A DNA stretch of 64,000 nucleotides from Schmidtea polychroa (Eukaryota), in contig CM097885.1 in the NCBI GenBank assembly GCA_044892525.1, positions 225,494,001 through 225,558,000 of the forward strand, in the 5' to 3' direction. Positions within the stretch are counted from its first letter, which is position 1, and each line of letters begins with the position of its first letter. Below the pieces are notes generated by a model, which saw only the letters and a program-made list of their open reading frames with translations, searched no databases and was not told the origin of the DNA. Position numbers and translations under genes: made by a program. This document shows, one piece after another, positions 13,671-27,400 of the stretch.

Positions 13671-15375
13671 TCAAAAAACCAATGGTGCGGCGTATTTTAA
13701 AACATTATGTGGTTTAACAACGTCATTTATCAGCGTGGGATATTTTTACTTACTCGCGGTCAAAAAATGGCCACGGGTATAAATTGATGGCACGTCCATG
13801 TAATTCAGTAAAATTTTATCACAGACACAGCTTAATATTCTCTATGAAAAAACTGACAAATTCTACACCTCCCATGGTACAACTATTTATATTTATCAAA
13901 CTGTTTAAGATTGAAAATATTTTGCGGTAAAAATGACCACTCCGTCATTCTAGTGTAAATTAACGCCAATTGAACCGATTATATAATATAAAAATTATTT
14001 ATCATTGATTTCAAAGTTCTTACTTTCACTTTATAAAAATAAAAAATGATAATTGTGTGGTTAAAACAGTATTAGTCAAACAATATTGTCATTTATTAAT
14101 TTGCTAATATTTCTATGAATAAAAATGACAGCAACAAAAAACAATGCCATTAAAATGGTTCCAATTACAAGTATTGTAGTTTCTGATTTCGAAGTTGGTA
14201 GCAAAAACAAACGCACGTATCTGTTACCAATAATTCCACTTCGAAATTCAAAAAGATCAACAAGTTCATCCACAATTTCCATAACGACAATTTTAGTGCC
14301 TACGAAAACTCCTCGAAAATGTATCAAATCGGATTTTACACAGTACAACTTTTTTGAGATTGCTAAAATTTAAAGTAGTATGATAAAAATGAATTAAATA
14401 ATTTTACTTGTTGAAAAACAGAAGCAAAGGAGTTTTTACTTGGCGATTATTTTATAAAAAAGTTTTGAATGCGAATTTTAGGTTACTAAACAAGGTCCAC
14501 AGGAAGCAAATTGCATTCTGACTTCAAATGTCTTTTATTTTAAAATAACAAGGCCCAATACTATTGAGCTCACACAGTACAGCGACTTCTCTATCTCCAT
14601 AATTTTTATTTTATCTTCATCCTCAAATATATTTGTTTCATTGTTCTGAATTGTTTCTGGACCAAGTCCTGCATGTTACACATTACTGATGACATGTAAA
14701 TTCATCTTTCTCTTGACGCAGAATCCCTTTTCATCCTCTTTTCATATTAATAACAAATATGAAAAAAGTTGGCGTACCACACCGGCCAACTTCATCCGGT
14801 ATTTTCCCTAAATCTCTCTAATTTTCAGTCTGACTTTAATCAGGAGGGAAAGCGAGGTCGACATGGCTCAATCTAACTTACCAGTCATATTAGTGTGCTT
14901 TGGCATCAAAGAAAAATCAGTAATTTTAAAATGGGTACTCTTTTCTGAAATTTCGATACGCGATTCTATATATTTATATATCTATGCGGATTATTTTAAG
15001 AATGCATATCATTTATTTATTAAAATTAAACAAATCTTTCAAACGAATGGTTCCCATACTATTTACACCAAGGGACAAATCTATATTTTTTGCTTAGGTA
15101 CGTTCCCAAGCAAACCGTGTAGATCAAAATCGTGTAAAAAATACACAATTCATATGTAAATTTGGGGATCTGTTCCACAACATTAAAAAATAGTGATAAA
15201 TGAAAAAAATTCAAATATTTTCTTAAAAAAATCGTGCAAAAAAGTGATATTAAACTCCATTAAGTAATAATAAAACAAAACAATTCATATTTATTACAAG
15301 AAAATAAAATTTAGTTTACAATATAAATTCAATCAATAAGTACAAAAAAATAAAAAAATTTTGAAAACAAGAGTA

Positions 15376-17230
15376 CAGCTACTCATCGCTAGTTGATAAC
15401 AAGCGTGTACGTTTATTTTTGACTGGCTTAAAAATAGCACTGTTATCAGAAGATATGTCTAATACAACTGTTCTAATGCAGAATTATCTTCATTATTAGC
15501 GGCCTCTATAGGTTATTTTGTTATAAAGTCTGTTACAAGAAGTTGTCTTTTGGTTTCTCCAGTTGTTTAGATAATTCTTGATACCCAGCAACACAAGATT
15601 TAAGTTTACGGTGGAATTGTAACACACGCTCCATGTCAGGATCATGAGCAAGAAAATGTTGTTCCAAACTTGTAACGAATTTCAAGCCCTCACGAATTAA
15701 ATTAGCCGTTAAAACCTGACCTTCACCTTCGTCTTCGTCGATATCGAAATCTTTATTCTCATTGATTTTCATAATTTCAATTAAGTCGTCATCATCAATA
15801 GAACCTTCTTGCATTAATTCATCGATGTCAGCCGTTTGGATGTTGTCAAACCCATCGCCACCTATATTATTTGAAAGACTTATAATCTCAGAACAAATTT
15901 CTGATCTTTGCACCACTGAAGTTCCACTTTGAACAAAAGCTGGTAAAATATTTTTCCAACAAGCATTTAAGGTTGATTGCCGCAACTGTTGAATGGCAAA
16001 CATGTGTAATGCAATCCAAAATATTAAACCTTTTCCATGCTTCCGTAACATTCAAATTTTTTTCTTCCACTGAATCTAAAATATATCTTAACGTTTGCTT
16101 GACGCAGCTCATTTTAAATGCTGCCATAATACCCTGATCGAGTGGCTGAATCAGAGAAGGGGTAATAGGCGGCAAAACAGCAATTGAATATTTGGATGTA
16201 CCAGCACTGTGTGGCTAGGTGCATTATCAACAAGCAAAAGTATTTTGAATTCTAAACCTTATATATATTTCTGGACTTCACAAACAAAACAGTTATTAAA
16301 CCAATATTTAAACAGATTGGCCGTCATCAATGCCTTTTTATTCGCCATAAAATGGACTGGAAGTTGTTTAATGTCCTTACCTTTTAAAGCTCTTGACACA
16401 TGTGATTTGTTGACTAAGAGTGGCTTCAACATTTTATCGCCAGATGCGTTACTGCAAAGCAAGAGTGTCACCCGATCTTTGGCTGCTTTAAAGCAACACC
16501 AGCTGTCTTTTGAGATTTTGCTATTAATGTTCGTTTGGCATTTGTTTCCAAAACAATGGCGTTTCGTCGGCATTAAATATTTGATCTGGAGTATATCTGC
16601 CCTCTTGAATTATTTTTGCTAATTGATCCGGATAGTTTTTAGCAGAATTTTCGTCTGCTGATGCCAATTCTCATTGAATCTTTACATTGTGAAAAGCGTG
16701 TCTTTTCCGAAAACCTGTCAGCCATCCATGACTTGCATTGAAAGCAATTTTATTAGTTCTCTGATGGAATACTGATGGTTCAAACTCATGAAGTCGGTTG
16801 TATATTCTAAGTGCTTTCTATTTGATAATTTTCCCATCAATAGGAATTTTTTTCCTGTAAATCATCAATCCATAACACCATATGTTTTTCAGTTTACTCC
16901 AATGTAGAATTTCGACTATTAGTTGTTTTTGAACTAAGTGCTAACCCAGAAATTACTGATTGCCGAATGGAACTCTCATTTTTAAAAATTTTTCTAATTG
17001 TCTCTTCGTTTAAACCAAAAACTCTGCCAACAGATGTTGAACCTTCGCCACTTCTTAGACAGTCTAGGATTTTAATTTTCGTTTCTAATGAAATTGTTTG
17101 TCTCTTCAGAATATGCTGTTGTTTAGACAATGTATTAATAATGTATTAATAATAAATGGTGTTTTACCAATAAATAAGAACACTAATACAATCCCTGATG
17201 TTATACCACTAGTCAACGCTGACATAGGAT
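15376..17230 (-). mobile_element. Degraded Tigger/pogo transposon
   Basis: CENP-B-like HTH (RQTISLETKIKIL), AAKDRVTLLLCSNASG...KPLLV, LLLVDNAPSH, PPITPSLIQPLDQGIMAAFK across ORFs 17130-15533. TA|CAGCTACTCATCGCTA end at 15376; the other end appears cut by the non-LTR segment. Confidence 0.88.
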
Positions 17231-18779
17231 TAGATTGACTAAATCAGCATACAATTAAACTATACCTACACGCATTTACCAAACGCTATTCCACTATAAC
17301 TTTAGATAATTTCATAGGTATGTCCTAATAAAGAAAAACTTTAAAACCTTTTTTGAATCATTCCAATTTCATAAATACCCTGAATGGAATGAAATAATTT
17401 TCCCACTTAATTTAACAGGCAATACATGAGCATTATTTTACTTGAATAAAATTAGAAAATTAGCCACCCTTATAGACCCTACTTGCGGACACGGCACTAA
17501 TAAACATGAAACAGTAATTAACGATATATTAAACACAATACTAAATATACAAAGCATCATATCACCTATAATAATTACAGCAACCGATCTACAATACCTT
17601 ACGTGTACAATACATGACTCGGGTTTTTATATCTGTCACTCTGCACTTTGCCTTAAAAGAAATAGTAATGTAGTTTCTAAACCTAACAAAAATTTAATAA
17701 AATCACAATTAAGAGAAATTATTTTGACAGATTACCCAATGACAATATTAATAAATATAAGGACTTCCTTAATAACCTGACCATACAACTTAATAACAAT
17801 GACATAACTCCTGAAATAGGTCTCAATGAAATTTCTAAAGTTCACACTTCAATTTTCTCAAATAAATATGACAAACCCTTAATTGTAAATAATATTAGAG
17901 ACAAAACTAAACAAACCGAACTAACCTATCAAATAAGGAATATTTATAATAAAAAACCTAAAATAACACTGAATAAAATATTTAATAATATAACTCAAAT
18001 AATTCCCTCTCCGAGTGAAAAAATAATAGATAGCTTTAAAAAACCCTTATTAGATATTGAGAATTTCCAAATTAACACAACAATTAGAGACCCCGAACAA
18101 ATATAATATCAATTAAAATAATATCAATTAACGAAATAAAAAGTAATATTATTAATTTAAACTTAAATTCATCACCCGGCACTGATAAAATCAACTATAA
18201 GGAATGGTGACAAATTGATCCTGACCTATCATTTTAATGTTCCCTTTATAATAATATACTTAGGAATATTATAACTCCTGAAAAATGGAAAAAGTTTAAG
18301 ACGAAATTAATTCCTAAGCACCACAAAGAAAAGAATAGTTTTGAAGTTTCCTCCTGGCGACCCATAACAATACTTGACACTGCATATAAGATTTTTTCAG
18401 CTATAATTAGAATGGGTGAGAATAGAGGGCCTCATTAGTATAAATCAAAAAACTATAGGTATACCAGATGGGTGCTCTGAGTACAATACTGTACTCACAC
18501 TTATTAAACAAAGAGCAATTCGCACTAATGGTGACATTAATATGATCTGGTTGGACCTCTCTGATGCATTTGGAAGCGTACCACATCAACTTATATGGCA
18601 AACTCTAATAGAATAAGGCATTTATAATAACACTCTTAATATGTTTAAGGACCTGTACAATGAATGCAAAACATACTATGACTGTGAAGGGCTACTGACT
18701 AATGGAATTGGAATTTATAATGGTGTTAAGCAGGGCTGTGCAATGTCCATGACACTATTTTGCCTAGCAATTGACTTCG
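17230..18779 (+). mobile_element. RLE-type non-LTR retrotransposon fragment A (pre-RT region plus RT domains 0-4)
   Basis: SSPGTDKI, WKKFKTKLIPK, WRPITILDTAYKIF, DGCSEYN, WLDLSDAFGSVPH, GVKQGCAMSMTLFCLAIDF; stops abruptly after CLAIDF. Confidence 0.85.
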
Positions 18780-18795
18780 CTAATGACCACGCTAA

Positions 18796-20670
18796 AAAAT
18801 TTTTGGTAAAAGTCCCCAGAGCTTAGTAGAATTACTCCATATAACATTCACTAGCACTGGGGCAGAAATCAATGAGTTTTTTATTGCTTTTCAGCTTATT
18901 AACTTTTTTTCAGGAACCATTGAAATGTCGAAGGATCTCCGAAAAGCATGCTGGGACTGTGTCGGCTCCAATATTCGGGAAATAAGCCATAATACGTTCA
19001 AATATGCCGACAATATTATCTCCGGATGTTTTACTTTTGAAAACTTGGTCCGAGAGCAGCATATTGAATTCCTAGATGCTTTCGAAACAGCTATAAAAAT
19101 ATGGCACTCAAACGTAACTTATGATCAAAACTACCTTAATTTTTCCCATTCTTTTAATATTAATTCCCTCGGAAAACATGCTTTATTTAAGAAAAATGTT
19201 AATTTTAAAATAAATCCTAATTAAAAAAAAAATCATTATTTTAATGAAAATACTAATTTTAATGAAAATCTTAATCTTAAAAATATACTCTATAAAATTA
19301 ATAAAAGTAATGAAATTTTTATTAAAAAACAAGCTTTAAAAAATAAAAACGTGAATACACTTTCTGAAAAAAAGCATGATAATTGGTTTTTTAATGATTT
19401 TATAATTAAATCTAAATATTCTAAGTATAAAAAACGTAAAAAATTAAAGAAAAAACAAATTCGGAGTAATTTGTTTGAATATTCTAACAATAATTTCAGA
19501 TCCAATGACCACGCTAAAAATTTTTTTCGTCCTCCTTCGGAGGACGAAAAAATAACACGCAGCTCGTCGGCCTATGGCCGACTCACAGAAAACGTTAATC
19601 GGCCAACTTATACCTCACATGCCTCCGGACGACTACTGATGACAACACTTCCGACAAACGAACCTCAAAATGCTCAAAAACAAACCGTCAAAATATGGAA
19701 ACCGAAATCCTACACCTATATAAACCAACCAAGACCCCACTACTCTTGCCCAATCCCAAAAAAGCCACCTACTAACCAAAATCCAGACCTCTACGAACGC
19801 CCTGACCTGAATCAATTACCCAGACTTATTCATCAAAATACCCAAAAAAATGATCAACTTAATGAAGACCATCCAACTTCCATATCGGAACTCATAAACT
19901 CCATCAACTCAAACTATCAAGACCTATCCGAACCCCTTACGACCGAGCATCTAGATCAAATATCCAAGCTAATTCATCAACTCAACAATGACAATCCAAT
20001 TGCCATGCCAAGGACCAAAGACGTAGCCAATGACCTTATGAACTCAATCAAATCAACCTATGCAGACCTCTCAGAGCCCTTAACCGCAGAACTTCCGAAC
20101 CAAATATCTAGACTTATTTACCAAAATACCCAAGAAACTGATCAACTTAGTGAAGACCATCCAACTTCCATATCGGAACCTATAAACTCCATCAACTCAA
20201 ACTATCAAGACCTATCCGAACCCCTTACGACCGAGCATCTAGATCAAATATCCATTCTAATGAACTCAATCAAATCAACCTATGCAGACCTTTCATAGCC
20301 CTTAACCACAGAACATCTGAACCAAATATCTAGACTTATTTCAACACCCAAAATTAACGAAAATTATACAAAATCACCAAATTTAACTGCCTGTGAGTCA
20401 GTGTTCAAACCTGATAACTCCAAAATTGATGTGATTATGTCTGCCTTCCATAGTCACAGGGACAGCAATTCGTCACTACCAAACCCACAACTAGCTGCCA
20501 AAATTATATCATCTGTCAACACGGCATACCCTCACCTGTCCGAAATCCTAAAACCTGATGTCATAGACCAATCTACTATGTTTATTAACTCAACTGACAA
20601 ACCTATAAACTTGCCTGAACGAGAAAAACCAAAGAACAATGGTAAAAAGAGGAAAAAAAGGAGACATTAG
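18796..20670 (+). pseudogene. Unknown ~620-codon frame with two in-frame stops and internal helical repeats
   Basis: ORFs 18925-19224, 19351-20298 and 20401-20670 share one frame, open from 18796 and broken only by TAA 19222 and TAG 20296. Four copies of a repeat like NSINSNYQDLSEPLTTEHLDQIS; basic end KKRKKRRH. Confidence 0.55.
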
Positions 20671-21029
20671 GTCTCTTACCCAACTGTCAACCTCCAATGA
20701 ATGATTGCCAGGTGCATCTATATGGGCCATGGCTGATCATGTTCATGATTAGCCATGATTATCCCCTACACTGCCCAATGATGTTTACCTTAAAAGAGAA
20801 TGATCAATTGCCAGGAGCTTCAGAAAGGATCCCCTCAAAAAACCTGACTGGAGTTTTCAGGGAAAACCACGTTTTGATACCGGAGTTTATAACTCTGGTA
20901 TCCATAGACTATTTGAATAAAAGCTGTAGATTTCATAAGGGTGAGAATCGATCTCCCCTTCTTGGCCATGTGGCCCGTGTATTACATAAAATAAAATTTG
21001 ATTTTTTTTTTTTTTTATTGACTTTATTC

Positions 21030-21517
21030 CAATAAAATATCCACTCTGGAACATTACCACTCTTCAACTTATTCCATGACTCGAAAATAGCTCCGACATA
21101 ACCATAACCTTCAACTCAAGAGACCCAAAGATGGATCCAAATATGATCAAGTTCTACAAGATTCTGGCCAAATAATCAGATCATTTTGAATCCTTCGATA
21201 AAGACTTTACCTGTCAATGGGATGGATTAACCCATATGACCAACAATCCTGAAGAAATTACAAATGGACCAGACTGGCTAAAATAGCTATCCTACCAGAC
21301 AATGATATTGGTAAACAAATATCAAATCTAAGAAGAAAACGAAAAGCAATCCCAATAGTGTGAAAAAATCTAAATTCAAAAAACCCAAAAGAATCGAAGC
21401 AAAGAGAATCCTATCCTTCTTCTTTTATGATTTTATGCCTTTTGTTATTGTAGATTGGCACCTTTTCGGGTTGATGAAGTATTTTCATCCCCAGTTAAGA
21501 GTTTCTCACCAGATAAC
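21030..21517 (+). repeat. Segment shared with 30240-30719 (same non-LTR-associated family)
   Basis: Near-identical from ATCCACTCTGGAACATT to CACCAGATAAC; the copies diverge sharply outside these limits. Confidence 0.85.
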
Positions 21518-21528
21518 TTATAACCAGA

Positions 21529-23620
21529 ACACTTATTAAAGAAAGAGCAATTCGCACTAATGGTGACATTAATATAATCTGGTTGGACCTCGCTGATGCA
21601 TTTGGAAGCGTACAACATCAACTTATATGGCAAACACTAATAGAATTAGGCATTAATAATAATACTATTAATATGTTTAAGGACTTGTACAATGAATGCA
21701 AAACATACTATGACTGTGAAAGGCTACTGACTAATGGAATTGGAATTTATAATGGTGTTAAGCAGGGCTGTGCAATGTCCATGACATTATTTTGCCTAGC
21801 AATTGACTTTATTCCTAGGGACATATTAAATAAATTTCCACTAAAATATAAACAATATAATGTCAGAATATTGGCGTATGCTGATGACATTGTTCTAATA
21901 TCCGAGTCAAGAGACAACATTAAGATGATATAAGATCATATAATTAAGTTAACTAATAAAGCCAAATTAAAATTTCGACCAAGCAAATGTGGTTACTTCC
22001 AGATCCTTAGAAATCATTATGATATACCATTGACAATTTATGTTGAAAAAATACCAATAATAGGCTTTGGCGAAAAGGGTAAGCATAGTATTGACGACAT
22101 TTTAAATAAGGCACTGGCGGAATCTGAGAAGATATTCACTTCTAACTTACACCCAGCACAACAACTACATGCATATAGAACTTTTATACACTCACGTTTT
22201 ATTTTACCTTTTCGAACATGTAAAATAAACCATATGGTACTAGACTGCAATCGAAACCGAATAGTGCAACATAGAGATAAGCAACTTGACTTTGACCAAA
22301 AAATTAAGAGACTTATTAAGAATGCACTACAAGACATAAACCGGAATATGAATAATGATTTTTTTAATGCGAATTACTCTCTAGGGGGTTTAGGAATCAC
22401 TCCAACTATAGACGAGTATTTAATACAAAGCATAACACAATTAATTAAAATAATTAACTCAACTGATAAAAAAATGAGAGATTTCATAATAGGTGAATTG
22501 ATTGAAACAGTTAGGTAGACACCACAACAAAGACATTTACATTAATAAAGCACTTGATTGGTTAAACGCTGACATTAGTGGAGAAATTAGTGGCACTATT
22601 ACTATATTTTCAAAATTTAGAGACTCATGCAAAAGACTACGCGAAAAATTTAATATTAGCTGTAAAATAATAATAATTAAGGGACTTTTTAATCTTGAAA
22701 TTAAATATAATAATGTATTAAATTATATAAATAATGAAAATATGAATTGGACATCGTTTGCATTACACACAATTACAAGCAAATGGTATGCTGAACAATG
22801 GCACAATATGGCTCATCAAGGGCGAAAAAAATAGATAATAATAAGTTATCGGCATAGCTTATCAAAAAGCATATACTAACTGACAATCAATACTTTTTTT
22901 CTGATTAAATCTCGTAATAATAGTCTCAGTCTTAATTATAGTATAAATAGGCATAAGAAAAAACAAAATATATTGTGTAGATTATGTAAAATAGACTGGG
23001 AAACACAGGCACATATCTTTAATCACTGCACACATACCCAAAATGCAAGGAGAAATAAACACAATCATGTATTAGAAATAACACTAGAGTACTTAATATC
23101 CAAACAATTTGAAGTTGATATAGAAAGAGCACCACCTGGAGTAACTACAACACTTCGACCTGACCGAATTATAAAATCTAAACGTAATAACAAAATAAAT
23201 TTACTAGATATTAAAGTCCCTTATGATCAATTTGACAATTTTGATTTAGCACGCAATAATAGCCATGATAAGTATATGAGCCTTGCCCTTGAGACTGGTA
23301 AAATTAACAAACCAAAACGACCTTATTAGCCTTAATAGTAGGCACTCTAGGCACTTGGGACACTGAAAATAAGAAACACCTAATCGAGATTGGCCTTAAT
23401 GATAAAGAAATAGACACATTAGCAAAAAAATGCATGAGAACACAGTCATAGCTAGTTACAAAATCTACACAATATAAAATAAAACTAATTAACTAAACTA
23501 ATAATTATTCCAATTTTATTTTCCTACTCAGCTATTTATTATATTAATATCTACTACATATACTATAATGTATAATTATTTGAATATCTACACTTAGAAT
23601 TTTAACCTAACATATATTAT
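21529..23620 (+). mobile_element. RLE-type non-LTR retrotransposon fragment B (RT 3-7, CCHC knuckle, restriction-like endonuclease, 3' UTR); NeSL/Utopia-like
   Basis: LAYADDIVL, GGLGI, CRLCKIDWETQAHIFNHC, KHNHVL, LRPD, DIKVPYD, ARNNSHDKY, LIVGTLGTWDTEN. Clade assignment is by motif resemblance only. Confidence 0.88.
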
Positions 23621-23630
23621 TATATATCCT

Positions 23631-23655
23631 TATATATATATATATATATATATAT
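23631..23655. repeat. (TA)n microsatellite
   Basis: Read directly, just after the non-LTR 3' UTR. Confidence 0.95.
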
Positions 23656-24243
23656 CTGGTTTCATAATAAATATTTTATCAAAGCTTAATAGTAACCTAA
23701 CCCATTTTGCCTTCCTAGTATGCTTATATATAAGTATACATATAAATTAGTATAAATATATAAGATACGTACTTATCGGTATATATACACCTAATTCCGA
23801 AAGTTAACATTGTCTTTAATATACGTTGGTGTGCACACCAGTTGAGGTGAGTCAACATTTATAAGACAATGTTAACTTAATTTCATTTTTTCAATTTTTC
23901 AAAAATCGTTTTAAGGTAAGTTTTTGAATTTTAAGTAACTTTAAAGACTTGAATTTTGATTTTATATAATTATGAGATCATTATTGAAGTTCTTAAATAT
24001 TACTGTTAGTCAGCATTCATAATATAACATTGATAATTAAATTTCAGGTGTTTTTTTAGGAATTTTGTGATATTTTATGCATTTCGTTAAAATATAAGTT
24101 AGATAATTTTATAATTATAAATAAATAAAGTAATCACTAAACACATTTATTTTTTAAGACATTTAGGAAAGAAGCGGCGTATATGGATAAAATAGCTTTT
24201 TAAGTTTTTGTAATCTTCTTTCGAATTTTGTCATTTTCTGTAA

Positions 24244-24455
24244 TATTAGCCACAGAGCTACGGGTATTAATAGAATCCATAACTAAAACACGTTTATTAT
24301 AAAAACACAAATATTATTAAAACAAATTATAACGTTAATTTGTTTGAGGAGTTTCTAAAAAATAATAATTAATGTATAAGTAAGGATTTCAGCATACAAT
24401 CAAACATGCACAACATCATACCATTATTTAAATACAAACTACAAAACGCCTCACC
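24244..24455 (-). repeat. 3' LTR of the Gypsy provirus
   Basis: Direct repeat of 28625-28836, preceded (element orientation) by an A/G-rich polypurine tract. Confidence 0.93.
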
Positions 24456-27400
24456 CCCCCCCCTTTTTTTGAAAACCTTTAACCACTCAATATTTCTCGT
24501 GACGGAATTTCCATTTTCCAATTTTATTTCATAACTTCGATCATGAATCTTTTTAGTAATCACACCTGGACCCATGTATCTGTTATCACCTTTATTTCGA
24601 ACATTTACTTTGATCAATACGCAATCTCCAATTTGAAATTCGCGATTTGTCATCTGATTGATTTTTTCTTCTTCCACAATCTTTGAGAATCATTCACTAT
24701 AAATCTTTTTCCCAAACACCATTTCAGCTGGAGTCTTCCTAATAGTTTTTTGAAAAGTTGAATTTAACATAAACTGAACTTCGGGAAGAATATCTACCCA
24801 TGATTTATGTCTTTTATCTTTGAGTGTTATCTGTATTTCATCTCTAATTGTACGGAATTGTCTCTCAATCTGTCCATTTGCTGAGTGATGATATGGACTT
24901 GAATAATTAATTTCAATATTGTGGAATTCTGCAAAATCTTTCATTAGCTTTGATTCAAATGATTTATCTCTGTCACAGTTTATTATCCTTAGTGCTCCAA
25001 ACTTCATTATCCACTCTTCTTTCAGTAATCTTACCACTGTTTTTTCATCTTGCGATTTCACTGCATGTAAATAAATAAACTTATTATGATGATCTATAAT
25101 CCCAAGAATATATCTTTCTCGTTTCATTGCAAGTTGTAATGGACCACAAAAATCTACATAGATTGTTTCAAATAATTTCGAATCACTTTTGCAAATTATT
25201 TCTTCTTTTGTTTTAGTTGTATCAACCTTTCTTTTCTGACAGTTTTCACAGGATTGTACAACATTACGAATAGATTGCTCCAAATCTTTCATATCAAAAT
25301 TGTTTGATACATACATTTTTACTTTATTAGCACCTGCGTGATAGAGCTTTTTATGATATTCTATGATGAATTCAGACTTGTTTTCTTCTGGAATCCAAAT
25401 TTTATTATTATTTGTCATAATCACTCCGTTGACATATTTAAAAAATGTTTTATCTGGCATCAAACTAATATTTTCTTTTATATTTTCAATTTCTTTCGAG
25501 TTCTTTTGCCATATATTTTCAATATTATCAGTCATCAGTGTCAACAATCTTGTTTTTAATTTACCCATTTTAGGATTTTCATGAATCATTTGACATTGAA
25601 CACATGTTTCATTTTTTTTCTCTAGATAAAGCGTCGGCATTATTGTGGTTATCACCTTTTCTGTATTGAATCTCCATGTCCAGACCACTAAGATGGTTAA
25701 TCCAAGTTTGAAATTGTGGGGTAATAGCTTTCTTTGTCTTCATCATAAATATAATTGCTTTGTGATCCGTTCTCAAAATAAATTTTTTACCATATAGATA
25801 ATGCTTAAAATGACCAGTAAAATAAAATATAGATAGTAATTCTTTTCTTGTTATACAATAACCCAACTCGTGTTTATTCATAGCTCGTTTTATACAAAAA
25901 CCCAACTCATGTTTATTCATAGCTCTGGATCCATATGCGATTACTCTTTCTTTACTTCCATCTTTTTGAGACAGAACAGCACCAATGCGGTCAAAACTTG
26001 CATCTGTATCCAAAATGAATGGCTTAGAAAAATCTGGGAACTTTAATACAGGTGTAGACGTCAATTTCAGTTTTAAATTTTTAAATGAAGTTTCACACTC
26101 ATCAGTCCACATAAGCTTCTTTTGTTTACTTCCACATAACGCTTCTAATACTTTGGAATCTTTGGTGTAATTTTCTATAAATCTGCGATAGTAATTTGCC
26201 AAGCCTAAAAATCCTCTCAAACTTTTTACGCATTTAGGTCTTTCAAAATTTTTAATAGTTTCAATCTTGCTTTCATCCGTACGTATTCCATTTTCGCCAA
26301 TGATATGACCCAAAAATTTTCTTTCCTTTTGAATTGACATTTTGCTGGACTTATTTTAAGATTTGCTAATTTAATCTTTTGAAAAACCTTTTCAATGGTA
26401 CTATAATGTTCATTCAATGTCTATTAAAATATAAGGATATCATCCAGATATACAATTGTTCCATTCCAATTTAATTCTCCAAGAACCAAATTCATAAGTC
26501 TTTGAAATGTTGCTGGTGCGGCTGCTATTCCAAATGGCATTCTGTTAAAGTAATATTGCCTGTTTTTGTCGAAAATGCTGTTTTCAATTTTGATGCATCA
26601 TCGAGTTCTACTTGATAATAAGCATTGCCTAAATCAATTGTCGAGAAAATCTTTGCTCCGTCAAGAATATCTAATAATTCATCAGTATTTGGAATGGGAA
26701 AAATCGGTCTTTCGGTTATATTATTTAGAGCACGGTAGTCCAAGCATATTCTTATATCACTACTGTTTTTCTTTTTAACACATACTAATGGAGAATTCCA
26801 AGGAGATGTACATTCTGATATAATGCCATATTTCAACATTTCTTGAATATTTTCTTCAATTTTTTCTATTAAATGTATAGGTTGTCGTCTTGGGTTTATT
26901 ACAATCGGACTACCTTTAGTAAGTATTTCATGCTTTAATAGTTCGGTTTTTCCAACATCCCATTTATGTTTCATAAAAATACCGTCAAACGTGGAAATTA
27001 AATTATTTATTATCTTATCTTCACTTATGTGGCTATTAAATGAATTTTCCATAATTGTATTTATTTCGTCTGTACGGTTTTCTATTTGCAATTGCATTCC
27101 AAATCTTTCGAGAAAATCTATACCTCCTATTAACTTTGGGTTTATATCTTTGGCTACAACGAATTCTACTTTTTTAATATCAGAAATTTTATCAACTTTT
27201 ACATTTAATAAAGTTTTACCGCAAATTTCAATCGGGCTATCATTCGCACATCTTAATTTTAAATTAACTGTAGTCATATTCAAATTTCCAAGTTTTTTAA
27301 AAATATTATAATCAATCACACTTATTTTAGCTCCAGTATCTAATAGGCATACTAATTTTACATTATTATTCATTACGGTAACACTGGGCCTTCCCCGCAT

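Noticed and set aside
13740-13960. piggyBac-like end ...CCGTCATTCTAGTG
   Set aside because: No convincing partner end or TTAA duplication.
14076-14373. Overlapping Ser/Thr-rich (+) and antisense ORFs
   Set aside because: No motif or supported splice structure.
19801-20340. Repeats as a CRISPR-like array
   Set aside because: Eukaryotic context, no unique spacers, and the repeats keep a protein frame.
23460-23700. U2 snRNA or spliced-leader target at the 3' end of the NeSL/Utopia-like element
   Set aside because: No U2 or recognisable SL sequence; only AT-rich DNA and (TA)n.
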